Made by a program: the position numbers and the translations under genes. Below the pieces are notes generated by a model, which was given only the letters and a program-made list of their open reading frames with translations, searched no databases and was not told where the DNA came from. Shown one piece after another: positions 16,242 through 23,613 of a stretch of DNA of 32,000 nt (position 1 is the stretch's first letter; every line of letters starts with the position of its first letter). The DNA is from Candidatus Woesearchaeota archaeon (GTDB lineage Archaea > Nanobdellota > Nanobdellia > Nanobdellales > CAZNIQ01): positions 1-32,000 of the forward strand of contig CAZNIQ010000004.1 of assembly GCA_964573185.1 (NCBI GenBank). Reading direction: 5' to 3'.

Positions 16242-16303
16242 TTTAAATTTCAGTTGCAGTTCGGATCATCATTTTCAGCGCTCACCCATCTCATCACTTT
16301 AAA
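16242..16303 (-). ncRNA. C/D box sRNA (2'-O-methylation guide)
   Basis: The minus strand reads GTGATGA(C)-GATGGGTGAGCG-CTGA(D')-AAA-TGATGA(C')-TCCGAACTGCAA-CTGA(D). Both guides are exactly 12 nt. TTTAAA flanks can form a terminal stem. Confidence 0.8.
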
Positions 16304-16324
16304 TTTTTCTTACTATTATTTTTA

Positions 16325-16750
16325 ATGCTTATTGTACTTTACAAACTTAAAGACGAAGAAAACATAAAGGAAATTTTATTTTTATCTCAAGAATTCAATT
16401 TTGATGTTGTTATAATTCATAGAGAAAATGCAAATATCCGGTATGAGGAATTGAAAAAGATAAAGGACTTTAAAATATATTATACATTTGACGATTTCTT
16501 AAAAGAGTATTCAAATAAAAAGTTTTATTTTATAGAAACTTACGGAAATAAATTTTTATATGAAGCGGAACTAGACAAAAATGGGATATATGTTTTTGGA
16601 GCAGAAGATTATGGAATACCATATCATGAAATAGAGAAAGTAAAAGATAAGGAAGTAATAAAAATACCTGTGAAGAAACCTGGTAGTTATAACGTTACAT
16701 CTACCGTTGTTATGCTTTTAACAGAACTGAAATGCCGAGGTTTGTTATAA
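16325..16750 (+). CDS. SPOUT-superfamily (SpoU/TrmH/TrmL-like) RNA methyltransferase
   Basis: 141 aa. C-terminal knot-region pattern GIYVFGAEDYGIP...IKIPV...SYNVTSTVVMLLTEL. Confidence 0.6.
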   Translation: MLIVLYKLKDEENIKEILFLSQEFNFDVVIIHRENANIRYEELKKIKDFKIYYTFDDFLKEYSNKKFYFIETYGNKFLYEAELDKNGIYVFGAEDYGIPYHEIEKVKDKEVIKIPVKKPGSYNVTSTVVMLLTELKCRGLL

Positions 16751-17142
16751 AGGCTTATGGGCATCCTTTAATAAAAGCAACACACAAATCTACGTTTGAA
16801 ATTACAAAAGATAACTATTTAACTCCAAGAGGGGACTGTATTATAGGGATAAAAGCCTCTCACTCAGTAAAGGATTTACCAATAGAGCTTAAAGAACACT
16901 TAAAGAAAGGCGGCAAAATAGAAATAATATTAAAGGTAGATGATTTAGAAGATAAGATAATTGCGTATGGACACCCTAATCTAATTTTAACAAATGAAAG
17001 ATCTATTGTTGTTAGAAGAAGTACTTTCATAGATGATAGAACTTTAGCTATAAGGGCTAATAAAGCTGCTAAAGACATTAGAAGAGATCTTATTGAAGAA
17101 TTGAAAAAAGAGAAGGAACTAGAATTTATTATTATATGGTAA
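16732..17142 (+). CDS. Conserved archaeal protein, DUF371-like
   Basis: 136 aa. HPLIKATHKSTFEITKDNYLTPRGDCIIGIKA resembles the DUF371 signature as I recall it. Confidence 0.5.
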   Translation: MPRFVIKAYGHPLIKATHKSTFEITKDNYLTPRGDCIIGIKASHSVKDLPIELKEHLKKGGKIEIILKVDDLEDKIIAYGHPNLILTNERSIVVRRSTFIDDRTLAIRANKAAKDIRRDLIEELKKEKELEFIIIW

Positions 17143-17193
17143 TCAGCCCCTAGGTTCTTCATCAATCTTCAGGGCTCAAGACCGTCATCATTT
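17141..17193 (-). ncRNA. C/D box sRNA (2'-O-methylation guide)
   Basis: The minus strand reads ATGATGA(C)-CGGTCTTGAGCC-CTGA(D')-AGAT-TGATGA(C')-AGAACCTAGGGG-CTGA(D). Both guides are exactly 12 nt. Confidence 0.85.
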
Positions 17194-17194
17194 T

Positions 17195-17251
17195 TGTACC
17201 CCGGGACAGAGATCGGTGATCACAAATCCCACCGACGTCGCGGCCCGGGGC
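17195..17251 (-). ncRNA. H/ACA box sRNA candidate, directly 5' of the C/D sRNA
   Basis: Minus strand: lower stem CCCCGGG/CCCGGGG, pocket strands CCGCGACG (8 nt) and TCTCTGT (7 nt), upper stem TCGGTG/CACCGA, 11-nt loop GGATTTGTGAT, then T-ACA. There are 15 nt from the upper-stem base to ACA. Same architecture as 8451-8506. Confidence 0.6.
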
Positions 17252-17353
17252 TTTTATATATATTTATATAAAAGTTTATAATATTTTAAAATACATTAAA
17301 ATCAGATAGTTTGTGTGGGTTTAAAAATAAAGCGATTAGGAAGTTGTAGAAAA

Positions 17354-17363
17354 ATTTTATAAA
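17354..17363 (+). promoter_or_regulatory. TATA box candidate for a leaderless transcript of the 65-aa gene
   Basis: ATTTTATAAA is centred about 26 nt upstream of the ATG at 17385. Confidence 0.4.
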
Positions 17364-17384
17364 CCCCGATGAACTCTAAGTTTT

Positions 17385-17582
17385 ATGCCCAGGAGAGGTA
17401 AGACCTTAAAAGAGGTTATCTTAGAATGTGCCTCCGAACCAAAAACAAGAGACGAAATAGTACAATGTGTAAAGAGGAGAAAGCCAAGAACAAGGCCAAG
17501 AGTAATTAAAGCATTAATAACAAAGATGCTAAAGAAGGGAGAATTAAAAGAAACTTCTGACGGAAAGATCGTAAGAGCTTAA
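17385..17582 (+). CDS. Small basic winged-helix-like protein
   Basis: 65 aa. TRDEIVQCVKRRKPRTRPRVIKALITKMLKKGELKETSDGKIV looks wHTH-like. It sits where S27e often lies upstream of aIF2-alpha, but it has no zinc-ribbon Cys pattern. Confidence 0.5.
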   Translation: MPRRGKTLKEVILECASEPKTRDEIVQCVKRRKPRTRPRVIKALITKMLKKGELKETSDGKIVRA

Positions 17583-17616
17583 ACTCCTTTTTAAATTTTT
17601 CCTTAAATAAATTTTT

Positions 17617-18384
17617 GTGTATAAGAAAAAAGGTTTACCTGAGGAAGGGGATTTAGTGGTATGTACCGTAACGAAAGTTGAAAAAGCAGCTGTTTTTGTT
17701 GATTTAGACGAATATGATGCTAAAGGAGTAATACGTATTGATGAAGTTGTTGCTGGAAGAATAAGAACTTTGAAAGGAATAGTAGAACCCGGAAGAAAAG
17801 TCGTTTGTAAGGTTTTAAGAGTAGATCCATATACAAAGATTTTAGAATTATCGATAAGAAGAGTTTCTGAAGGACTAAAAAGAGCAAAATTAGCTGAATA
17901 TAAAAGAGAACAGATCGCAATACAATTAGTAGAATCATTATCAAAAAAATTAGGAATACCTATAGAAGAGACACATAAAATACTAGATAAATTATATGAG
18001 TATACAGATTTACTTTATCCTTTCTTTCAAGAAGTTGTTTTAAAAGGTCCAGAATTATTAAAACAAGCAGGCGTTCCAGAACAATATGTACAACCTTTGT
18101 ACGAATTAATAAAACAAAGAATTCCACCACCTGAATATATAAAAGAGGGGGAAGTGATTTTACAAGTTATACATAAAGAAGGAATTAGGATAATTAAGAA
18201 CATGTTATTGGAAGCTTCTAAAAGATTTGGAGTTGAATGGGTATATTATGGAGCACCAAGATATGGTTTTAAATTGAAAGCATACGATCCTAAGGAATTA
18301 AATCAGAAGTATAAGGAGTTTAAGGAATTCTTAGAAAAGGAAGCCGAAAAGTATGATGCTTACCTTGAGATAAAAGAAAAATGA
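17617..18384 (+). CDS. eif2a: Translation initiation factor aIF2 alpha subunit
   Basis: 255 aa. N-terminal S1 domain (LPEEGDLVVCTVTKV...GVIRIDEV) followed by helical and alpha-beta domains. The conserved neighbour Nop10 follows. Confidence 0.9.
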   Translation: MYKKKGLPEEGDLVVCTVTKVEKAAVFVDLDEYDAKGVIRIDEVVAGRIRTLKGIVEPGRKVVCKVLRVDPYTKILELSIRRVSEGLKRAKLAEYKREQIAIQLVESLSKKLGIPIEETHKILDKLYEYTDLLYPFFQEVVLKGPELLKQAGVPEQYVQPLYELIKQRIPPPEYIKEGEVILQVIHKEGIRIIKNMLLEASKRFGVEWVYYGAPRYGFKLKAYDPKELNQKYKEFKEFLEKEAEKYDAYLEIKEK

Positions 18385-18557
18385 TCCACATACGTAAATG
18401 CCCAAAATGTAATATCTACGTACTTGATGAGAAGTGTCCTATATGCGGGGAAAGAACTATAAGACCCATACCTCCAAAGTTCTCACCAGAAGATAAATAT
18501 GGAAAATACAGGAGAATTATAAAAAGAAAGATTTTAGAAGAAAAAGGTTGGCTTTAA
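18381..18557 (+). CDS. nop10: H/ACA RNP protein Nop10
   Basis: My own translation (58 aa, below the track cutoff): MIHIRKCPKCNIYVLDEKCPICGERTIRPIPPKFSPEDKYGKYRRIIKRKILEEKGWL. Zinc ribbon CxxC...CxxC plus the PPKFSPEDKY motif. ATGA overlap with aIF2-alpha. Confidence 0.85.
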   Translation: MIHIRKCPKCNIYVLDEKCPICGERTIRPIPPKFSPEDKYGKYRRIIKRKILEEKGWL

Positions 18558-18560
18558 AGT

Positions 18561-19325
18561 ATGATCATAATCAAGAAACTCAAAGAAGTTAAAGTAGAAA
18601 ACGGTGTTTTAATTTATGGAATGGGAGGGGGAATGGGACAGATTGCTAAAATAATAGGAGATTACTTGATAGATAAATTAAACCCCGAAAAAATCATAGA
18701 AATATATGGAGACATTTTTCCTCATGTTGTAACAGTAGATGAAAATGCAATATTACATCCAATAACTGCAGAGATATATTATAAAAAAGTAAAGGACCAA
18801 GATGTTTTAATTTTGGTAGGGGAGACACAACCTTATGATGAAAGGGGACAATATGAATTTGCCTTCAAACTCTTAGAACTCTTAAAGAAACTTGGAGTAA
18901 AGTTAATTATAACTACAGGTGGATATGATATAGGTTACGAACCTGAAAGTCCGAATGTTTATATTGCGGCAACAGATAAAGAAGTATTAGAAGAATTTAA
19001 AAAGAAAGAAGAAAGATTAAGGTTAGATTTTTCAAGCAATATAGTAGGATTAGCTGGATTGTTACCGGCTCTAGCTAAGTATTATGATCTTAAAGGAGTG
19101 GTCCTTTTAGCTGAAACGCTTGGACATCCTATGTACGTTGGTCTCAGGGGAGCAAAAGCAATATTAGAAGTTCTGAATAAATTATTTGATTGGAATATTG
19201 ATCTTAAAGATCTTGAAAAAGAAATAGAGGAACAAAAGAAAGAAATTGAAAAAGCTCAGAAGATAGAGGAGATGAAGAAGAAAAAAGAAGAAAAGAAACT
19301 ACCTCCTACCACGTATATTGGCTGA
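18561..19325 (+). CDS. PAC2-family protein (proteasome assembly chaperone-like, COG1938)
   Basis: 254 aa. The aIF2alpha-Nop10-COG1938 neighbourhood is conserved in archaea. The overall pattern (GMGGGMGQIAKI..., LIITTGGY) fits the family. Confidence 0.7.
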   Translation: MIIIKKLKEVKVENGVLIYGMGGGMGQIAKIIGDYLIDKLNPEKIIEIYGDIFPHVVTVDENAILHPITAEIYYKKVKDQDVLILVGETQPYDERGQYEFAFKLLELLKKLGVKLIITTGGYDIGYEPESPNVYIAATDKEVLEEFKKKEERLRLDFSSNIVGLAGLLPALAKYYDLKGVVLLAETLGHPMYVGLRGAKAILEVLNKLFDWNIDLKDLEKEIEEQKKEIEKAQKIEEMKKKKEEKKLPPTTYIG

Positions 19326-19697
19326 TCTTTTTAACATTTCATTTTCTGCTTTTAGATTATTTATCATTAACATTAATTGAATTATTTTATGTGAAAGGTC
19401 ATTTAAGAATTTGTTTAAATCATGATTTGTTAAAGTTATTTTCTCTGGTTCTATAACTTCAATTACCGAGGGAGTATAATCAATATAGAAATTTAAGAAC
19501 GTCTCTAAATCCTTAAATTCAATTTCTAATTCTGCAAAAGTTGTATATAACTGTCCTCTTTGTACTGGTTCCTCTATTTTCTCTTTCAAAATCTTTATAC
19601 CGTTATAAGATCTTACTTCTGCTAAAAGTTTGTTTAAAAAATCTTGTAAAAATTCTTTAGGAGCGCCTGCAGCCTCAAAAACAACCCTTGCTCTCAT
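19299..19697 (-). CDS. Hypothetical protein
   Basis: 132-aa ORF, start overlapping the L44e stop. No motif recognised. Confidence 0.5.
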   Translation of the reverse strand: MRARVVFEAAGAPKEFLQDFLNKLLAEVRSYNGIKILKEKIEEPVQRGQLYTTFAELEIEFKDLETFLNFYIDYTPSVIEVIEPEKITLTNHDLNKFLNDLSHKIIQLMLMINNLKAENEMLKRSANIRGRR

Positions 19698-20002
19698 CTC
19701 TTAATTTCTATTCTCTTTAACCTTATTCCTAATGATTTTACAATAGCTTTTCCACATTCCTTGCAAATTAATCTTAAATCCGGAACCCTAGAACCAGCTT
19801 TTACTCCTACTCTCTTTCTTTGGCTCATGGGCCTTTTAGAATACTTTCCGTGGTTTCCTTTTCCTTTTATAGCAAGGTTTCTTCTTCTAACACCCCAAAC
19901 AAGACCAGATCTTTTAGTTGTAGGCTTTACTAACTTGACCTCATGTACAGTATGCTTTCTACAATATGGACAGTATGTTGTGATTTCTTTAGGGAGCTTC
20001 AT
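19694..20002 (-). CDS. rpl44e: 50S ribosomal protein L44e (eL42)
   Basis: 102 aa. TYCPYCRKHTVHEV...CKECGK zinc ribbon in a basic sequence. Confidence 0.9.
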   Translation of the reverse strand: MKLPKEITTYCPYCRKHTVHEVKLVKPTTKRSGLVWGVRRRNLAIKGKGNHGKYSKRPMSQRKRVGVKAGSRVPDLRLICKECGKAIVKSLGIRLKRIEIKR

Positions 20003-20601
20003 ATTCGAATTTCTTCTGCGAACCCAGAATTTATTAACATTTCGGCTACATCTTTTGGTAACGTAACTATCTCTTCTGGTTTATAAGGCCCATAGGTTTG
20101 TAGATCTGTACCGACGAACTCGGATATCTCCTTTACAATTCTAACAACTTTTACATTTCTCTCTTTTGGCAAACCAGATGCTTTTAGTATTTTATTCAAT
20201 TCCTTTCCTAATTCTTCTAATTTTGGTTTTTCTCCAGAAAGAACTGATTCTAAAACATATTTTCTAAAAGCTAATAAAGTATTAAAAAGTATTTTATATA
20301 ATACTTTTTCCTCAATAGTTAATTTATCAATATCTTCGCTTTCAGATTTTAATCTTGAAGTTATCAATGCTAATTCTAATATCTTTTTTTCCCTTAAATC
20401 ATAAATATCTCTTATCAATAATTTCAAGTTTTCAAGTTCTATTCTAAGTTTTTTCAGCTCTTCCGTATCTATTTCCTTTACTTTCTCAATAATTCTGTTT
20501 AGTCTACTTATTTGATCTGCTACCTTTCTGTAAAATAGCTCATCCAATTTTTGGATACTTCTTAGATTTTTCTCCTTTTGATAAATTGAGAATAAGTTCA
20601 T
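19999..20601 (-). CDS. GINS subunit (Gins51/Gins15 family)
   Basis: 200 aa. DLREKKI helical A domain. C-terminal VRIVKEISEFVGTDLQTYGPYKPEEIVTLPKDVAEMLINSGFAEEI is the typical B-domain pattern. It lies directly downstream of the primase gene, as in other archaea. Confidence 0.65.
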   Translation of the reverse strand: MNLFSIYQKEKNLRSIQKLDELFYRKVADQISRLNRIIEKVKEIDTEELKKLRIELENLKLLIRDIYDLREKKILELALITSRLKSESEDIDKLTIEEKVLYKILFNTLLAFRKYVLESVLSGEKPKLEELGKELNKILKASGLPKERNVKVVRIVKEISEFVGTDLQTYGPYKPEEIVTLPKDVAEMLINSGFAEEIRI

Positions 20602-21944
20602 AATTTAAGTTTACCTTTTTCCTTTAAATATTTTTTATATGGATATTGTAGAGGATTTTTTATCAATTGGCAAATTTCATCCGGTTCGCACACTCCCATA
20701 TCTTTATAATAATTTTCGTTATTACAATTAGGAGGAAGATATTGCTTTTTCTTTTCTTCCCAAGTTTTTTTATGCCACTCCCATTGATACTCTATGTATC
20801 TCTCCCTTAAAGGCTCAGGATTCCTTTCGTTCCATTCTTCTAAAAGTTGTTTAATCTCGTCCCATTCCCATCCAACATGCTTCAAGAAGTTTATGAGAAT
20901 AAATACAGCACGTTTTCTACCGTCTTCTAATCCTTGTAAGATCTTCTTAATACATGGCGGAAAATATTTTTCATCAAATTTCTTTGGAAACTTTATTTTC
21001 TTCTTATCCTTTTGTATTTCTTCAATTATTTCTTCTCTTTCTCTTTCAGCAATAAACTCTCTCGTTAATTGTTCTAACTTCTGTTTTTCTAATTTTTGCA
21101 ATTCTTCCCATGCTAAAGCAGAATAGATTAATTCTGTAATCTCTTCTTTAACATTTTCAGTATCTAAAAATTTTGTTCCATCCCACTCATAATTATCTAA
21201 AGAAGCTTCTGATGGTTCAAAATACTTGATATCCTCTTCTCTTAAAGGAATTGAAAGCAAATTTGTTTTTTCATTTAAGGAAAAAGGCATACGGAAAAGG
21301 TGTCTAACTGAGATTAAAATGGTATCAATTGAAACTAACTTAAATACATCAAAAGAGTCTAAATTATATTTTTTAATTAATTCTTCTTCAGAAAAGTTCC
21401 TTAAAAGTTTTTTCTCTAAAGGTTCCTTAATTTTGTAAGCTATAAAAGAAGCTAAAGTTCTTGCTAAGTCTGGAAATAAATCTTTAGTTTTCTTTCCATC
21501 AAGTTCTTTAGGAAAAGCTTCCCATGGAATTGCTATATGAAAACCTTTACCTCCAGAAAACTTTATGCTATATGATTCAACGTTATAATCTTTTAATACT
21601 TTAAGAATTTCAAATAGTGCAAGTCTAGATAATTCCAAATCTTTTCCATCAATATCTATAATAAAATCCCAGCCTATTCTTAATTCATTTAACTCTTTTT
21701 TCTTCATTTTTGGAGATAACAACATTGGATCCTTCCATCTTTCCTCCGAAATATGAAAAGATATTGCTTTTTGTTTAATCAACTCTAATATATCTCCTTC
21801 ATTTTGGAGAATAAATGGTCTTTTTCCAAAAGCCCCAGATTCATATCTAAAAGTAAATTCTCTATTCTGAGCTACTCTAACCATCTCAGAAAGTATTTCT
21901 CTATTTTTTTGATAAAACTTTAAGAGCTTAAGCCTAATTCCCAT
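20598..21944 (-). CDS. priS: DNA primase, single-chain fusion of PriS catalytic domain and PriL Fe-S C-terminal domain
   Basis: 448 aa. PriS motifs: WDFIIDIDGKD, SGGKGFHIAIPW, RHLFRMPFSLNEKT. C-terminal ~130 aa: FPPCIKKIL...GRKRAVFILINFL...YLPPNCNN...MGVCEPDEICQLIKNPLQY, the PriL-CTD pattern with four Cys. Confidence 0.85.
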   Translation of the reverse strand: MGIRLKLLKFYQKNREILSEMVRVAQNREFTFRYESGAFGKRPFILQNEGDILELIKQKAISFHISEERWKDPMLLSPKMKKKELNELRIGWDFIIDIDGKDLELSRLALFEILKVLKDYNVESYSIKFSGGKGFHIAIPWEAFPKELDGKKTKDLFPDLARTLASFIAYKIKEPLEKKLLRNFSEEELIKKYNLDSFDVFKLVSIDTILISVRHLFRMPFSLNEKTNLLSIPLREEDIKYFEPSEASLDNYEWDGTKFLDTENVKEEITELIYSALAWEELQKLEKQKLEQLTREFIAEREREEIIEEIQKDKKKIKFPKKFDEKYFPPCIKKILQGLEDGRKRAVFILINFLKHVGWEWDEIKQLLEEWNERNPEPLRERYIEYQWEWHKKTWEEKKKQYLPPNCNNENYYKDMGVCEPDEICQLIKNPLQYPYKKYLKEKGKLKL

Positions 21945-22789
21945 AGTAATTCTTCTTTGCTTTTAATTTTCAAAATGTCTTCTTTTCTAATAAATATAAA
22001 ATCATTTTCTTTCTTCTTATTTGAAATAACAATTGGCTCCACTTTTAATTTTTCCTTTAACTCGTATAACAACTCTTTATATTTTTGATAATAGTTTTCA
22101 TACGTAAAACCTATTCTTTCTTTTTCTTTCAAAAGTATATTTGCGCAAAACCTTTTAATTTCGTAAACATTGAAACCGAGATCCTTTAGTTTTTTCGCTA
22201 TCTCCTCTTTTAATGAAATATTAGTATGTAACTTTTCTTTCATATATTCGCTTAGAGTTTTGAAAATATCAAAACCTAATAATTCTCCCAATTTTATTGC
22301 TATATCTATTGAAGGATTCGCCTTCCCAAGCTTGTATTTAATTAAAGCACTCTTCGAAATTCCAGTATTATTGATGATTTCGCTCGTTCTCATTTCTCTT
22401 ATTTTATTTTGAAATCTTTCTTTATTTAGCAAAACTACTAAATCTTTTCCTTGCCTTTTAACAACAAATATCTCTTTTTTAAGAAATTTTCTAAAAGTAC
22501 TTGGAGATAACACGATCAAATCATATCTTTCGTAAATAATATTATCTTGTAATTTATTTTTCAATTTCTCTGCAACAATTACAGGCAAGGTTTCTAGATA
22601 TTCTGCTAATACCTTTATTTCATCTGCTATCTCTTTCTTTAAAGCTAAGGCATCATAATAGACTTTTATTACTAATTTCTTTTCACCTTTTTCAGCATAA
22701 AAGTCTATTATAGGCAATCCAAAGTAAATAAAATGATAATTTTCCTCTTTTAAAGAATTCATTACATTTAGTATAAGTCTTTCCCTCAT
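21920..22789 (-). CDS. Archaeal HTH (XRE-type) transcriptional regulator, COG1395-like
   Basis: 289 aa. Central HTH: MRTSEIINNTGISKSALIKYKLGKANPSIDIAIKLGELLG. Confidence 0.6.
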   Translation of the reverse strand: MRERLILNVMNSLKEENYHFIYFGLPIIDFYAEKGEKKLVIKVYYDALALKKEIADEIKVLAEYLETLPVIVAEKLKNKLQDNIIYERYDLIVLSPSTFRKFLKKEIFVVKRQGKDLVVLLNKERFQNKIREMRTSEIINNTGISKSALIKYKLGKANPSIDIAIKLGELLGFDIFKTLSEYMKEKLHTNISLKEEIAKKLKDLGFNVYEIKRFCANILLKEKERIGFTYENYYQKYKELLYELKEKLKVEPIVISNKKKENDFIFIRKEDILKIKSKEELLWELGLSS

Positions 22790-22832
22790 AGTAAGTAATT
22801 ACTTTTAAAAGGGTAAAAAGGTTTGCTACTGA

Positions 22833-23387
22833 ATGTTCTATGAAATTACCATTGAAGATTATGTTAGAGTTGACCCCAAATATTTAGGTTTGCCAAAAAA
22901 GGAAGCTGTTCTTCAAGCATTAAAAGAAGAGTATACCGGTAAAATTTCAAAAGAACTGGGTATAGTTATAGGAGTTATAGATGTTTTGGAAGTTGGACAA
23001 GGGAAAATAATACCAGAAGATGGAGGTGTTTGGTTTCCCGCCAAATTCAAAATACTAACATTTAAGCCAGAGATACAAGAGGTGGTTTTAGGTATAGTAA
23101 ACACGGTTACGGATTTTGGTGCTTTTATAAACATTGGTCCGATAGATGCTTTAGTACATATTTCTCAAATAATGGATGATGTCGTTTCTTATTCAAAAGA
23201 AGGAGTTCTAATGGGGAAAAATACTAAAAGAGTGTTAAAAGTTGGAGATAAAGTTAGAGCGAGGATTATAGCTGTATCTTATAAAGATCCAACGAATCCG
23301 AAAGTAGCATGTACAATGAGACAGCCAGGATTAGGCAAATTAGAGTGGATACAAGAAGAGAAAGAAAAAGCTAAAAAGAAAAAATAA
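22833..23387 (+). CDS. rpoE: RNA polymerase subunit E' (Rpo7)
   Basis: 184 aa. MFYEITIEDYVRVDPKYLG start plus an S1 domain (GIVNTVTDFGAFINIGPIDALVHISQ). Confidence 0.9.
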   Translation: MFYEITIEDYVRVDPKYLGLPKKEAVLQALKEEYTGKISKELGIVIGVIDVLEVGQGKIIPEDGGVWFPAKFKILTFKPEIQEVVLGIVNTVTDFGAFINIGPIDALVHISQIMDDVVSYSKEGVLMGKNTKRVLKVGDKVRARIIAVSYKDPTNPKVACTMRQPGLGKLEWIQEEKEKAKKKK

Positions 23388-23397
23388 ATAAAGTTCT

Positions 23398-23613
23398 ATG
23401 CCTAAAGGGGTTAGAGGTAGATTAAAGAGAAAAGCTTGTATTAAATGTAAAGCAGTGGTTCCTTATGATACAAAAGTTTGTCCTGTTTGTGGTTCAACAG
23501 AATTTTCAGAGGATTTCGTAGGTTTAGTAGTAATTGTGGATACAGAAAAATCTCTAATCGCAAAAAAGTTAGGTATTAAAAAACCATTTACATATGCTCT
23601 AAAGGTAAGATGA
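23398..23613 (+). CDS. spt4: Transcription elongation factor Spt4 (RpoE'')
   Basis: 71 aa. CIKC...CPVCGS zinc ribbon. Immediately downstream of Rpo7, the conserved pair. Confidence 0.85.
   Translation: MPKGVRGRLKRKACIKCKAVVPYDTKVCPVCGSTEFSEDFVGLVVIVDTEKSLIAKKLGIKKPFTYALKVR

Noticed and set aside
17199-17250. GC-rich palindromic hairpin as a simple transcription terminator of the DUF371 gene
   Set aside because: Archaeal terminators are oligo-T tracts rather than hairpins. The internal-loop geometry, the ACA at 15 nt and the identically built element at 8451-8506 favour an H/ACA RNA on the minus strand. The plus-strand version lacks an ACA.
19311-19325. HbYX proteasome-activation motif at the PAC2-family protein C-terminus
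   Set aside because: The protein ends ...TTYIG. The Tyr is third from the end, not penultimate, so it does not fit hydrophobic-Tyr-X.
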